64,000 bases of DNA, taken from NCBI GenBank assembly GCA_037443035.1, contig JBBIPC010000005.1, positions 66,837-130,836 of the forward strand, in the 5' to 3' direction. This stretch comes from Chthonomonadales bacterium (GTDB lineage: Bacteria > Armatimonadota > Chthonomonadetes > Chthonomonadales > CAJBBX01). The notes under the pieces are model-generated. The model was given only the letters and a program-made list of their open reading frames with translations. It ran no database searches and was not told the DNA's origin. The position numbers and the translations under genes are program-made. Positions 25,604-35,647 of the stretch are shown here, one piece after another (the first letter of the stretch is position 1; each line of letters begins with the position of its first letter).

Positions 25604-26308
25604 CTACACTCGCTCCAACCGTCCCGCGCACCAGCGGATGGCACGACCAACAACCTCGCGGTAGGACGGATGCTCCCACGCACGGCGATCATGACCACAC
25701 TGCAGACAGAAGATGGGCGTCTCTCCAACCTGTCGGATCCAAGCGAGGGGCCGCATGCTTAGAGGATGGCTCGTGGTCAGCAGGACCGTGCTTTCGGCAT
25801 CGGGTTCGGCCATGATGTATGTCTCCTCCGGCATGCTCCACGATTGAACTTCCCTAACGATAGGGTGTTCTGGTAGGGCGACGTCCACCTGCAACGTCTG
25901 TTCCGGGTGATAGCTGAAGGACCTGTCCTGTATGCCGACGATCCTGGACCATGTCTCGAGCTGAGGCCATGCCAGGAGGGCGTGGTGGAGGACGAACACG
26001 CCACGACTGCGCTGGATCAGTTCCTCGATGGCGTCGCGGAACGCACCATCGGGCTGATCCATGTGCATATTGTAGAAAAGTGTTACGTCGTAGGACCGCC
26101 GAGCGCGACCCCAGTCGTGGACCCAGTTCTCGAAGTCCTGCGGATAGGAATCTATGTCGTCGTGCCCTCGGAAGAGAGCATGGAACCCGGGCACGTCGAA
26201 GGGGTGTGCGCCTGTTACCACAGCGAGGCGGATGGGCGATCTATCTGGCACGGCGGAGACCTCCTTCCCGGACCACGCATAAGGGGCGCGGCTTCGAGTG
26301 GCCAACAA
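25604..26308 (-). CDS. ThuA-like domain protein
   Basis: The pattern IRLAVVTGAHPFD...VFVLHHALLAWP...PIFCLQCGHD resembles ThuA (trehalose-utilisation, class-I glutamine-amidotransferase-like fold). The start is uncertain. Confidence 0.6.
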   Translation of the reverse strand: MLATRSRAPYAWSGKEVSAVPDRSPIRLAVVTGAHPFDVPGFHALFRGHDDIDSYPQDFENWVHDWGRARRSYDVTLFYNMHMDQPDGAFRDAIEELIQRSRGVFVLHHALLAWPQLETWSRIVGIQDRSFSYHPEQTLQVDVALPEHPIVREVQSWSMPEETYIMAEPDAESTVLLTTSHPLSMRPLAWIRQVGETPIFCLQCGHDRRAWEHPSYREVVGRAIRWCAGRLERV

Positions 26309-26427
26309 CGTTGGGTACGACCGCTATTATAGCGGCGTGGGCCCGTCGCAGCATATGACCGAGAGCACGCGCGTTCCGGTTGGTCACGGCTGCGACGGGC
26401 AGCTTGGGAGGTGCCGAAAGCTGGACG

Positions 26428-27111
26428 TTACTGCTCGTCGGTCGGTTCGGGGCGCCGCATCCGTTCCTGCTCCGCTTCTTGGAGCGACCGATCTTCGTCG
26501 CTGAACTCCAACTTCTCCCGCACGTGTTGGCGAACTTCGTCCAGCCGGCGCGCCAGCGATCCGAAGGCATGGCGGACGCCAGGTGCGCTTCGGTCGAAGG
26601 CAAGGCTTGCGCCATACGAGACGCCCAGGCCGGTTGCGTCCTGGATGGCATCGAGATCCGCACTCAGAAAGACGAACTGCCAGCCGCGCTGCTTTCGTTC
26701 CTCCATCATCCGCACGATATCGGACCGCCGATACTCGCGACTGGCGTTCTCAAGCCCGTCAGTGATGACGACGAAGAGGACGTGCTCAGGGCGCGAGTCT
26801 TCTTCGGAAGCTTCCAGCACGCGGTCCAGGTCCGTCATGCCCCGGCCGAGCGCGTCCAGCAGCGGAGTGGCGGCTCGCGGAATGTAATCCTGGCTTGTCA
26901 GCTTCGGTGCTCTGTTGACGTCTTCGCAGGCGCACAGGACCTCGAAGGGGTCCTGAGAGTCGAACTGTACGAGGGTGATGGTCGCCCGCCCGGGCTTGTT
27001 GCGCTGTTCATCGAGGAACGCATTGAACCCGCCGATGACGTCGTCTTTGATGCTCTGCATGGAACCCGTGCGATCCAGGATGACCATGACATGCGTGTAG
27101 TTCGCTTCCAT
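26428..27111 (-). CDS. von Willebrand factor type A (vWA) domain protein
   Basis: MIDAS motif DRTGSM, plus TPLLDAL and VVITDGLEN. 227 aa with an acidic C-terminal tail. Confidence 0.8.
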   Translation of the reverse strand: MEANYTHVMVILDRTGSMQSIKDDVIGGFNAFLDEQRNKPGRATITLVQFDSQDPFEVLCACEDVNRAPKLTSQDYIPRAATPLLDALGRGMTDLDRVLEASEEDSRPEHVLFVVITDGLENASREYRRSDIVRMMEERKQRGWQFVFLSADLDAIQDATGLGVSYGASLAFDRSAPGVRHAFGSLARRLDEVRQHVREKLEFSDEDRSLQEAEQERMRRPEPTDEQ

Positions 27112-27259
27112 GTTGTTCCTCCTTGGCTTTGCGCCATGTTACGATGTGGTACAAGAAGACACTCGGTCGAACGCGTCGATTCCGGCAAGCCCACGCGGCA
27201 GGAAGTCGAGAGGCTCGGCGCCGAAGATAACGACACAAGCCGCAAGGTGGAGGAAAGGC

Positions 27260-28495
27260 ATGCCAAACAAGAGAGACGTCGCTATCATTCGCGGGCTCGC
27301 TGACGAAGTAGCTCGGATCGCTGCCATGCCCGTCCAGGAGGAGAAGCGGGCTCTCTGGCGCCGGCTCAACGGCCTCGATCCCGTCCGCCCCATGGTGATG
27401 ATCGACCAGGTTTGCTGGAACGAGATGAACATCGGCGATGAGCTCGTTCTCCAGTGCGAAGACCCGGAATGCCGCAACTACGAGGTCCTCCTACGCCGCA
27501 CCCTCTTCCAATGGCGACACTTCCCCGTTGACATGGTGGTGGAGCCCTTCATTCGCGTGCCTAAGGCAATCCATGGTCTCGGTGTTGGAGTGGCCGTCCA
27601 GGAGGAGATCGCCGTCCTGGATGCCACCAACTCCGTGGTCGGGCACCGCTTCATCAACCAATTCGAGACGGAGGAGGATCTCCAGAAGATCCGAATGCCT
27701 GTCATCTCCCACGACCGTGCCGAGACGGAACGGCGTATGTCGGTCGCCCACCAGCTTTTCGATGGTCTCCTCGACGTGCGAGCCGACGGAGCAGACCTGA
27801 ATCTATCCCTCTGGGATCCGATCAGCTCGTGGATGGGGGTGGAGGCGGCGCTCTATGCACTGGCCGACAAACCAGACTACATGCACCGTCTGGTGGGAAG
27901 GCTCACCGACGCCTATATCTCGATGCTCGACCAGCTCGAGGAACAAGGTCTCCTGTGTGGCGTTCAGAGCCTCATTCACTGTACTGGCGCATGGACCGAT
28001 GATCTGCCCGCGCCGGGTTACGATCCGGATAAGCCTCGGCGTAAGGACCTCTGGGCCATGGGATTGGCGCAGATGTTCTCCACCGTCTCTCCAGCGATGT
28101 TCGAGGAGTACGAGGTGCAGTATGTCCAGCGCCTTTTCGAGCCTTTCGGCCTGGTCTACTACGGCTGCTGCGATCCGCTGGACCAGAAGATGGCCCAGGT
28201 CCGCAAGATTCCCCATGTCCGCAAAGTCTCGATGAGCCCCTGGGTCGATCAGGAGAGGGGTGCCAGGGAGATCCGCGGCGACTTCGTCTTCTCACGCAAG
28301 CCCAATCCAGCCTTTCTCGCATGGGACAAGTTCGACGTCGCAGCGGTGAAGGCCGATCTGGAACAGACCCGGGACATCTGCTGCCAGTATGGTTGCCCCA
28401 TGGAGCTCATCCTCAAAGACATCAGCACAGTGCGCTACGAGCCACAACGGCTTACCCAGTGGGCAGAGGTCGCCATGGAGGTCGTCGGCGCCTGA
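27260..28495 (+). CDS. Uroporphyrinogen-decarboxylase (URO-D)-like family protein, function unknown
   Basis: RBS GGAGGAAAGG before ATG 27260. The N-terminal pattern ...RPMVMIDQVCWNEMNIGDELVLQCEDPECRNYEVLLRRTLFQWRHFPVDMVV and the C-terminal CCDPLD resemble URO-D/MtaA-like proteins as I recall them. This is a weak assignment. Confidence 0.45.
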   Translation: MPNKRDVAIIRGLADEVARIAAMPVQEEKRALWRRLNGLDPVRPMVMIDQVCWNEMNIGDELVLQCEDPECRNYEVLLRRTLFQWRHFPVDMVVEPFIRVPKAIHGLGVGVAVQEEIAVLDATNSVVGHRFINQFETEEDLQKIRMPVISHDRAETERRMSVAHQLFDGLLDVRADGADLNLSLWDPISSWMGVEAALYALADKPDYMHRLVGRLTDAYISMLDQLEEQGLLCGVQSLIHCTGAWTDDLPAPGYDPDKPRRKDLWAMGLAQMFSTVSPAMFEEYEVQYVQRLFEPFGLVYYGCCDPLDQKMAQVRKIPHVRKVSMSPWVDQERGAREIRGDFVFSRKPNPAFLAWDKFDVAAVKADLEQTRDICCQYGCPMELILKDISTVRYEPQRLTQWAEVAMEVVGA

Positions 28496-28540
28496 GCCCG
28501 GCCCGAAAGCCGAACTGCACCGGAGAGTCGAACTGTGGGT

Positions 28541-29071
28541 CTACAAGTGGCGCAGAATGACGCCGAGACTTTCGGGGTCTAGTTCGTTGATGTTCGGGAA
28601 CTCGTAGCGATTGCCTTCGATGTCGGTGACGAAGACGCGCACAGCAGATACCTCCTGCAGGTTGTCGCGCAGGTTCCGCACGACAATGTCGCGAGGACCA
28701 CGTGTCGTCTCCAAACTCCAGTACACAGTGCCGAACTCCACCTTCACCTTGCGAACCTTGGTGACGACAGGCACGAAATAGCGCAGCTCCAGCTCCTCGG
28801 CGAGGATCTGTTTCGACTCTTCATCCAGCCCCGAGGGGTCCTTGATCATGCCGATGTCCTTGCCGGCTGCATCCAGAAAGCCTATGTAGTGCTCCGGGTC
28901 CGATATGGGGAACGCCCTGGCCGGTTGCGCCCTCGTCCAGGAGCGATCGCCCTCGACGGTGAGCCGAACCATACCGCCATGACGCCGCAACCGCACCTTA
29001 GAGGGATCCAGCCAACGAATCTGGTGGTAGTCGCTCGAGTCCGTCCAGCCATCGTCATGTTCTTCGGTCAT
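28541..29071 (-). CDS. DUF1854-like protein
   Basis: 176 aa from ATG 29071 (GAGGAA 7 nt upstream). The pattern ...RAFPISDPEHYIGFLDAAGKDIGMI...ELELRYFVPVVTKV...YEFPNINELD matches my recollection of DUF1854, which normally accompanies ABC exporters. Confidence 0.5.
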   Translation of the reverse strand: MTEEHDDGWTDSSDYHQIRWLDPSKVRLRRHGGMVRLTVEGDRSWTRAQPARAFPISDPEHYIGFLDAAGKDIGMIKDPSGLDEESKQILAEELELRYFVPVVTKVRKVKVEFGTVYWSLETTRGPRDIVVRNLRDNLQEVSAVRVFVTDIEGNRYEFPNINELDPESLGVILRHL

Positions 29072-29141
29072 TCCCAATTCCTCAGATCGCCCTTGTACTC
29101 GTCTGAGAGTCACTGTACCCGCGACTGGCCCCGGCATGACT

Positions 29142-30779
29142 TCAGTATTCCCACTCCAACCACGTCAGGCGCTCGATGCCTAGTTGGAGAGGGACAACCA
29201 CGACTGCGAGTGTGAGGATAAGGAAGAAGCCCACTCCGGCCGCTGTTACGGGCGTCTGGTACTGGGGCCATTGTATGGCGCCGTACCATGTCGCGCCGAG
29301 CGTGCCCCATGACAGCCCGGAATATGCAACACCCGCACCGAAGCCAATAATCATGGCGAGAGGACTGACCCGGTGGGCCGGATTCTCGAACGTGAACCTG
29401 GGAAGGGCCGATGATACGCCTACTCCGATGGCGCAGAGACCAGCAGCGCTCCCCAAAACGGCCAGCCACAGGATGGCGACCGTTGGCAAGTCGCTACCGA
29501 ACGCGACTGCCGCCAGCCCGATGAGACCGCAGGCGGCGCCTCCGGTCAGGAACCAGCTCGTGAGCCACTTGCTCATGACCAAAGTCCGCGCCTGATTGGG
29601 TGAGACGAGATAGACCCAGAACGCGCGTCCTTCGAGTCCCACGGAAGAAGCCGAGATGATGGACGACTGCATATAGAGCACGGCAAGCACCATGAGAACG
29701 GCGAAGGCGAAGAGCTCATCGCCCGGCGCACGAACCCGGAAGCCAGGGTTCGCCGCCATGACGAACGGGACAAGGAAGAGGATCATGGGCATGCCGGCCT
29801 GCGAGAGCAGCAGCGGGTCCCGAAACACGTACCGGGCTTCCTTAGCCATCACCGCGGCCATGGGCATGGGAAGAAGCCGTCTCAGGCAAGCGCGCGAGGT
29901 CGTCACGGCTGACGATGTATGCACCGCGTTTCCGGTACCTTCCGCGAACGAACCGGCATGCCATACGCGCTCGCCTAGCACGATGGCAAGCGAGCCCAGA
30001 GTCACGGTCGCAAGTACCGCAAGAGACGTTCCCCTGCCGAACGAAACGAAGTCGCCGCTCGCGAGGGCATGGAGGGCCTCCCCGAACCAGCTCCACGGAG
30101 GCAGATAGGCGATTCGGCCGGATGGATTCGCCGTACTCGAGACAAGCGCGTGGAATCCTTCCTGCAGGCGGAGACCGGTAATCTGGCTCACGACAACGAC
30201 GCATACTACGGCGCCGAGGAGCACGTTGACTGCCGCAATCGCCGAACGCACGCGGCCATATCCCAGCCAGTGCACAGCCAGGAGCAGCACTACAGCCGTC
30301 ATGCATGCGGGCAGGAGCACAATGAGAGTACCTGGGATCAGTAGGAGAGGAAGACGTAGCGGCGGTGTTCCCATACCCACCACACTCGCGAGTACCGCAG
30401 GCGCTCCGATGGGCAAGAACTGGACGGCACCTGCCAGTGCGCCCTCGAGCAATCGTACGGCGACTACGTGACGCACGCGGACCGGCATGGTGCCCAGCAG
30501 TTCTACATCTCCCGGATGGAGCAGCGTGGCTGCTAGGAAAGGCACGGATCCGGCCAGCATGAACAGGAAGACCGACAACGCGATTTCGTGGGTGAGGGCC
30601 ACCCCTGCGTCACCCACGCCACGGAGCATGGTGACGACAAGGAAGCCGACGTAGACACCGGCCGCCAGCAGAAGCGCGAGAGCCCATAGCACCACCCCAA
30701 GCACGCGCTGGCGCGGCGTCGAGAAGCGAACGCTGTTCCACAAGGCACGAAATCGGTATCGCAGGAGCACGTGAAACAT
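29142..30779 (-). CDS. Polytopic membrane protein, ABC-2 / putative-ABC-exporter-type permease (two 6-TM halves)
   Basis: About 12 hydrophobic helices. It starts MFHVLLRYRFRALWNSVRF, and the second half starts KEARYVFRDPLLL; both are typical ABC-2 permease openings. The start is uncertain (the track ORF extends to 30986). Confidence 0.55.
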   Translation of the reverse strand: MFHVLLRYRFRALWNSVRFSTPRQRVLGVVLWALALLLAAGVYVGFLVVTMLRGVGDAGVALTHEIALSVFLFMLAGSVPFLAATLLHPGDVELLGTMPVRVRHVVAVRLLEGALAGAVQFLPIGAPAVLASVVGMGTPPLRLPLLLIPGTLIVLLPACMTAVVLLLAVHWLGYGRVRSAIAAVNVLLGAVVCVVVVSQITGLRLQEGFHALVSSTANPSGRIAYLPPWSWFGEALHALASGDFVSFGRGTSLAVLATVTLGSLAIVLGERVWHAGSFAEGTGNAVHTSSAVTTSRACLRRLLPMPMAAVMAKEARYVFRDPLLLSQAGMPMILFLVPFVMAANPGFRVRAPGDELFAFAVLMVLAVLYMQSSIISASSVGLEGRAFWVYLVSPNQARTLVMSKWLTSWFLTGGAACGLIGLAAVAFGSDLPTVAILWLAVLGSAAGLCAIGVGVSSALPRFTFENPAHRVSPLAMIIGFGAGVAYSGLSWGTLGATWYGAIQWPQYQTPVTAAGVGFFLILTLAVVVVPLQLGIERLTWLEWEY

Positions 30780-30971
30780 GCGTCGTTCAGCATACCTGAC
30801 CCCCTGAAACCACAGAAGCCGGGCGGGCGTATAGATTCGCAGGACATCGGGGCGCGCAGCGCTCGAGTCCTTCCTCCTATTGCGTCCGAATGTGGCTCCG
30901 AGCGCTCCGCGTGTCCAGGAGTGCCAAGTATGAGCGGACTCCATCGCATTCCGAACCAGCGAGGTGATCGT

Positions 30972-31265
30972 ATGCGTGTCGTCCAAGCTCTGAAGTCCTG
31001 GTGGGAGCGATCGCGGCGCAGCATCATCATCTTCAGCGTCGCAATCCTACTGTTTGCCGGCGTCTTCGGTGTCTTGTTCAGCCGCGCCACACGGGTGCCG
31101 GACGATACCCATGTGGACCAGCGCCTTGCTCAGATGCGACATCGAATGGAGGCCAAGAGGCGCCAACGTGAGCCAGGTATGGCAGAGATCGCCGAACGGA
31201 TCGCCACAGCACCCATCGGGCGTCGCGCTCAGGAGGAATGGCTCAGGGAGACGGATGAGCCATAG
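30972..31265 (+). CDS. Small single-pass membrane protein, hypothetical
   Basis: ATG 30972 follows GAGGTGA. MRVVQALKSWWERSRRSIIIFSVAILLFAGVFGVLF is followed by a charged tail. No family recognised. Confidence 0.35.
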   Translation: MRVVQALKSWWERSRRSIIIFSVAILLFAGVFGVLFSRATRVPDDTHVDQRLAQMRHRMEAKRRQREPGMAEIAERIATAPIGRRAQEEWLRETDEP

Positions 31266-31441
31266 GCGGCAGCAACCCGAACCGCCGCACTCGAGGAATG
31301 TGCGACTCACGCGCTAATGCGTGGGAGGGAGGACTTGGCGCACGTGGCCGCATCCGTACCTACGAGCAGGAGTGACGGCTGCGGATGGGGAATCCAGCTT
31401 GTGGCAGCCTGGTAGGCGTGCTCATGGGAGCGGAATTAGCA

Positions 31442-32053
31442 ATGGCGCAAACGGAGAACCTCACCGCGAACGAGAAGCGGACCCTCCTGCGATTGGCCCG
31501 GCAGACTGTGGAGGCTGCAGTGAGGGGCATGCCAATGCCCTCGGTGCCGGATCATGAGTTGACGGAGGCCCTGCGGCGACCTGCCGACACCTTCGTAACT
31601 CTCTACCGCCTAGGCGAGCTTCGCGGATGCATAGGTAGTCGCACGGGGAAGGAACCCCTTTACCGATCCGTCATGGACAGTGCCCAGGCTTCGGCCACGC
31701 GCGATCCACGCTTCCCGCCGGTGTCGGGCCACGAACTCCGCGACATCACAATCAACATTTCTATACTGACACCCCCGCGACCCCTGCAAGCTTCGAGCGT
31801 TGAGGAGCTACGTCATGCACTGGAACCGGGCGTCCATGGGGTGATTCTCCACAATGGCGGCCGCCGCGCCCTCTACCTCCCCCAAGTGTGGGACCACTTC
31901 GTGGACGCGCCTGACATGGTGGCCGCTTTCTTGAGCAGCCTCAGCCGCAAGGCGGGCGACATGACGGGCACACTCTGGAAGGATCCCAGCACCCGCTACG
32001 AAGTGTTCGAGGCCGAGAGCTTCAGCGAAGAGGATCTCGAAGCCGCCGAGTAG
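31442..32053 (+). CDS. AMMECR1 domain protein
   Basis: LRGCIGS, ATRDPRFPP and HGVIL...ALYLPQVW motifs. Confidence 0.85.
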   Translation: MAQTENLTANEKRTLLRLARQTVEAAVRGMPMPSVPDHELTEALRRPADTFVTLYRLGELRGCIGSRTGKEPLYRSVMDSAQASATRDPRFPPVSGHELRDITINISILTPPRPLQASSVEELRHALEPGVHGVILHNGGRRALYLPQVWDHFVDAPDMVAAFLSSLSRKAGDMTGTLWKDPSTRYEVFEAESFSEEDLEAAE

Positions 32054-32068
32054 GGATTGTCAGCACAC

Positions 32069-34030
32069 CTACAACCGATAGACTCCAACTTCGTAGGGCG
32101 ACATGGCCACTGTGCCACCTGCCACGGGTCCCAAGAGGGTCTCTTGGACCGGTGGCAGGGGGACGTACTGCTCGTCGCCGGTCTGGTTCACCACGAAGAG
32201 GAAACGACTCTCCTCCTTGGCCCGTACGCGAACATCCACGCCGTGCGGTATGCCATCGTAGGGGATTATGTCGGTCTCATCCACCACACGCTCGACAAGA
32301 GTATCGTAGGCTTCCGCACCCCCAAGAGTACCCAGATAGAAGCACACACCTCTGCCAAAGGCATGACGTGTGGCTGCCGGTTCACCCGGGAATAGCGACC
32401 GCTCCCAGGTGGCGATCACCTCGGCACCCTTCGATACGAGATACTCCGCCCAACCTCGAGCGACAAAATCCCTGCCATCCAGCCACAGCACCTGATGGTC
32501 GTCACCATAGATCGGTGAGTAGTCGTCCACTTCCACTCCGGCCACCTCCGACAGCAGCGACGGCAGAGGCTCGATGCGGCATCGGTTCAGCTCGTCTTTG
32601 ACACCCGTCCTGGGGTTCAAGACAAGCATGCCACCGTCCCTCACGTATGCTATCAGTTTCTCGGCATGCCGCTCGGAAAGGAGAAACCACGAGGGGACGA
32701 AGACAGCCTTGTACTGCTGGAGATTCGCAGTGATCGGCACCATGTCCACGCCGATTCCCCGTCGCGTGAGGGCGCTATGGAAACGTCGAGTTTGGTCCCA
32801 CCAGCCCAGTCCATCCGCCTGTGGCTGGATCTGGAGCGCCCAGTTCTGCTCATAGGAATTCAGGATGGCGACGTCGTTCCGTGGTTGGGTGCCGTCCAGA
32901 AGAGGCCCGATCCTGGCAACTTCCTCGGCGAAGGCCTGTATCTCCCTGTAGCGTCGCCTAGGAATGCCGTCATGGTTGAGGATGCCATGCCAGAATTGCT
33001 CCGTGCCGTAGCGACAGGACCGCCACCGGAAGAAGACCACCGCATCAGCACCATGAGCGATGGCCTGCCAGGCCCACATACGTATCTGCCCGGGTTCGGG
33101 GCGGGGCCCCATGCGTTCCCAGCCCGGGATTCCGCTCTGTTCCTCCATGACCCAGAAGTTCTTCTGCTTGATCCCTCGCATGACATCATGGGCCATGCCG
33201 GGGTCTCGGTCACTGTGCCAGGCGCCTCCCGGATAGTTGTCCCAAGAGACAAAGTCCAGGTCGGCCGCCAGCGCGTAGTAGTCCACGCTGTCGTGGAGGC
33301 CCATGAAGTTGTGGGTGATAAACTGATGAGGTGCCAGACGCCGGATAATCTCCACCTGATCACGCTGGAATGCGACCGTCGTCTCCGAGGCAAAGCGTCG
33401 GTAGTCGAGCCACAAAGAGGGGTTATGAGAGGTCCCGCACCGCGCGTGCCACGGCAGCGGTATCTGTGACCAGGCACTGTATTCCTGACTCCAGAAGACG
33501 GTTCCCCAGGCCGCGTTCAGCGCCTCCAGCGTGCCGTACCGCTGCCGGAGCCAATCGCGAAAACGCCTGGCGCAGTCGGGGCAGTAGCAGAGGTTCGCCT
33601 CGAACTCGTTGTCCGTCTGCCATCCGATGACGGCTTCGTTGCTGGCGAATCGGCTGACCATGGCCTCGGTGATCTTCCGCGAATAGGCTCGCATGATCTC
33701 GTTGCCGAGGCATCGCTGGAGCCGCGTGCCAAAGCCGAGACGGTACCCACGCTGATCGGCAGGGTAGAGCTCCGGATAGCGCTCGTGAAGCCACGCAGGG
33801 GGTGTGGCGGTTGGCGTACCGAGCACGACCTGGATTCCCTCGTTGTGCAGTATGTTGATGGCCCGTTCGAGCCAGTCGAAGTCGTATTGTCCCTCGATCG
33901 GTTCCATGCGGCACCAGGCGAACTCCGCCAGGCGCACCACGCTCAGGCCCGCTTCGCGCATGAGGCGTGCATCTACAGGCCATCGCTCCTCCGGCCAGTG
34001 CTCTGGGTAGTAATCTACGCCGACTCGCAT
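32069..34030 (-). CDS. Beta-galactosidase, glycoside hydrolase family 42
   Basis: MRVGVDYYPEHWPEERW...VVRLAEFAWCRMEP...TDNEF...FWVMEEQSG. The length of 653 aa and three-domain layout are typical of GH42. Confidence 0.9.
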   Translation of the reverse strand: MRVGVDYYPEHWPEERWPVDARLMREAGLSVVRLAEFAWCRMEPIEGQYDFDWLERAINILHNEGIQVVLGTPTATPPAWLHERYPELYPADQRGYRLGFGTRLQRCLGNEIMRAYSRKITEAMVSRFASNEAVIGWQTDNEFEANLCYCPDCARRFRDWLRQRYGTLEALNAAWGTVFWSQEYSAWSQIPLPWHARCGTSHNPSLWLDYRRFASETTVAFQRDQVEIIRRLAPHQFITHNFMGLHDSVDYYALAADLDFVSWDNYPGGAWHSDRDPGMAHDVMRGIKQKNFWVMEEQSGIPGWERMGPRPEPGQIRMWAWQAIAHGADAVVFFRWRSCRYGTEQFWHGILNHDGIPRRRYREIQAFAEEVARIGPLLDGTQPRNDVAILNSYEQNWALQIQPQADGLGWWDQTRRFHSALTRRGIGVDMVPITANLQQYKAVFVPSWFLLSERHAEKLIAYVRDGGMLVLNPRTGVKDELNRCRIEPLPSLLSEVAGVEVDDYSPIYGDDHQVLWLDGRDFVARGWAEYLVSKGAEVIATWERSLFPGEPAATRHAFGRGVCFYLGTLGGAEAYDTLVERVVDETDIIPYDGIPHGVDVRVRAKEESRFLFVVNQTGDEQYVPLPPVQETLLGPVAGGTVAMSPYEVGVYRL

Positions 34031-34141
34031 ATCCTCACCTCCCGGATGCCGTGCTCAGATTGTCGAAGCCGCGGTGCAAGGCGTCACGGTTTTTCACTTT
34101 CCCGCTGCGGCGGCTGAATCCTGCAGGGCAGTGTCCTCAAC

Positions 34142-35185
34142 TCACTCGCTGATGTTGTCCTTGACGATGTGACCGTCGGCCATATCGAACACGACGGCCG
34201 CACCGACGTTATGGCGCAGGATGTTGTCTTTCACGATCCAGTGAGCGCACCCCCGATGGAGTACCAGACTGTGCTGGTGGAGAATGGAAGCACTGTCCCA
34301 ACTGAACACCTGGTTGGATGTGAAGGTGCCATCGGATGCGCCGTAGACCTCCACGGCTGGCCACTTGCCGGACTGCTCCTGAGAGTTGGTGTGAAAGGTG
34401 TTGCCCGTGAAGATGTTCAGATAACACGCCCCAGCCCCCGGAGCGCCGATGAGAACTCCCTGTCGTCGACTCTCCTCGAATCGGTTGTTCTCGAACCGGT
34501 TGAAATGGCTCCCCGGTCCCATGCGCAACGCGACCTGGTTGCCCCAGTGGTAGTTCATGGCGTAGGTGCCGGCCGAGGACGGCCACAGGGCCACCCCCGA
34601 CCGCGGAGCTCGCTCCTTAGTGCGCTGATGAGCACCGAACTGGTTCTGGACGATATAGAAGTCGTTGTTGGCCACGCTGCGGAGTTGGTCGCCAGCATTG
34701 TCAATGAAGTGGCAGCGGCTCACCGTATTGCTCGACTGAGGACGCTGGGGGGCACCATCGAACAGAACGCCGGACTCGGCGAAGTTGCTAATGCGACAGA
34801 AATCCACGGTATTGGAGCTGCACTGGCCGCGAAACACAATGCCACTCCCCTTCGTAGCGGAAGTATCACCGTTGACGAGCAGATCTCGAACCGTGCAGAA
34901 CGACACATCCTCGAAGACGAGGGCGTCCCCCTCTCCCACACGCTGGAGAACCGTATTCCATCCGCTGCCGCGGAGGTTGGTATGGTGGTGCCGGACCCGC
35001 AGAGGCTGTTCCAGCCGGTACGTACCGGGCCGCAGCACGATGGTGCCGCCAGCCGCCGTGAGCCTCGCCAGCGCCTGCAGTAGCCCTTTCCCATCCTCGA
35101 CCTCCGTGTACACCGGCTTGTCCGCCGCGGTCAGAGAATAGGACAGGAATGCGATCGGGACTAGGAAAAGGATGTTTGGAGTCAT
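34142..35185 (-). CDS. Secreted right-handed parallel beta-helix repeat protein (pectate-lyase-fold)
   Basis: Signal/anchor MTPNILFLVPIAFLSYSLTA, then GGTIVLRPGTYRL and repeated N-x-F / G-x-x-I beta-helix rungs. Confidence 0.7.
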   Translation of the reverse strand: MTPNILFLVPIAFLSYSLTAADKPVYTEVEDGKGLLQALARLTAAGGTIVLRPGTYRLEQPLRVRHHHTNLRGSGWNTVLQRVGEGDALVFEDVSFCTVRDLLVNGDTSATKGSGIVFRGQCSSNTVDFCRISNFAESGVLFDGAPQRPQSSNTVSRCHFIDNAGDQLRSVANNDFYIVQNQFGAHQRTKERAPRSGVALWPSSAGTYAMNYHWGNQVALRMGPGSHFNRFENNRFEESRRQGVLIGAPGAGACYLNIFTGNTFHTNSQEQSGKWPAVEVYGASDGTFTSNQVFSWDSASILHQHSLVLHRGCAHWIVKDNILRHNVGAAVVFDMADGHIVKDNISE

Positions 35186-35623
35186 GCTGTCATCCTCGTC
35201 GGCGCCACGCGCGTGCCTGCCGACAAGTCCCACTCGGACCAGCCGAAAGCCATGGGTCGCACACCCGGACGTCGACTCCCGCTCATCTGCAGGTGATAGA
35301 AAGCGCGCTCCGAGCCCGCTGGGTGCCCTCCGTGGAGGAAACGCCGCGCAATCGCCATCTCGTCCTAGCCCTCCAATGCCACATGGTAGCAGCGCACCGT
35401 TCCAATCCTTTGCAAGGATACCATTCGAAAGCAGCGACGGACTGTGTCAGCAGTCACGTCCCCTTCACTATGTAGGGTATCGGGTCCAGCAACGGCAGTG
35501 ACATCCGCGAGACCCAGCTCCGGCTCTGTTGCCAAGAGGACCGGAAAGATCTCGCACACTCTCTGTCAGGCTCGAGCATCGCACGGTGGGCGAAGGTCCA
35601 GGTCTTCCAGCGCAAGGGTCTGC

Positions 35624-35629
35624 TATAAT
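35624..35629 (+). promoter_or_regulatory. Consensus -10 box (TATAAT) upstream of the CelD-like acetyltransferase gene
   Basis: TATAAT at 35624-35629, 19 nt before TTG 35648. There is no good -35. Confidence 0.25.
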
Positions 35630-35647
35630 CGGCATGGAGCAGGACGG

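Noticed and set aside
26428-27111. vWA protein as part of a defence or MoxR-type system
   Set aside because: It has no adjacent AAA+ MoxR ATPase, kinase/phosphatase, protease or other partner. Its neighbours (ThuA-like and URO-D-like genes) are unrelated, so it is left as a plain annotation.
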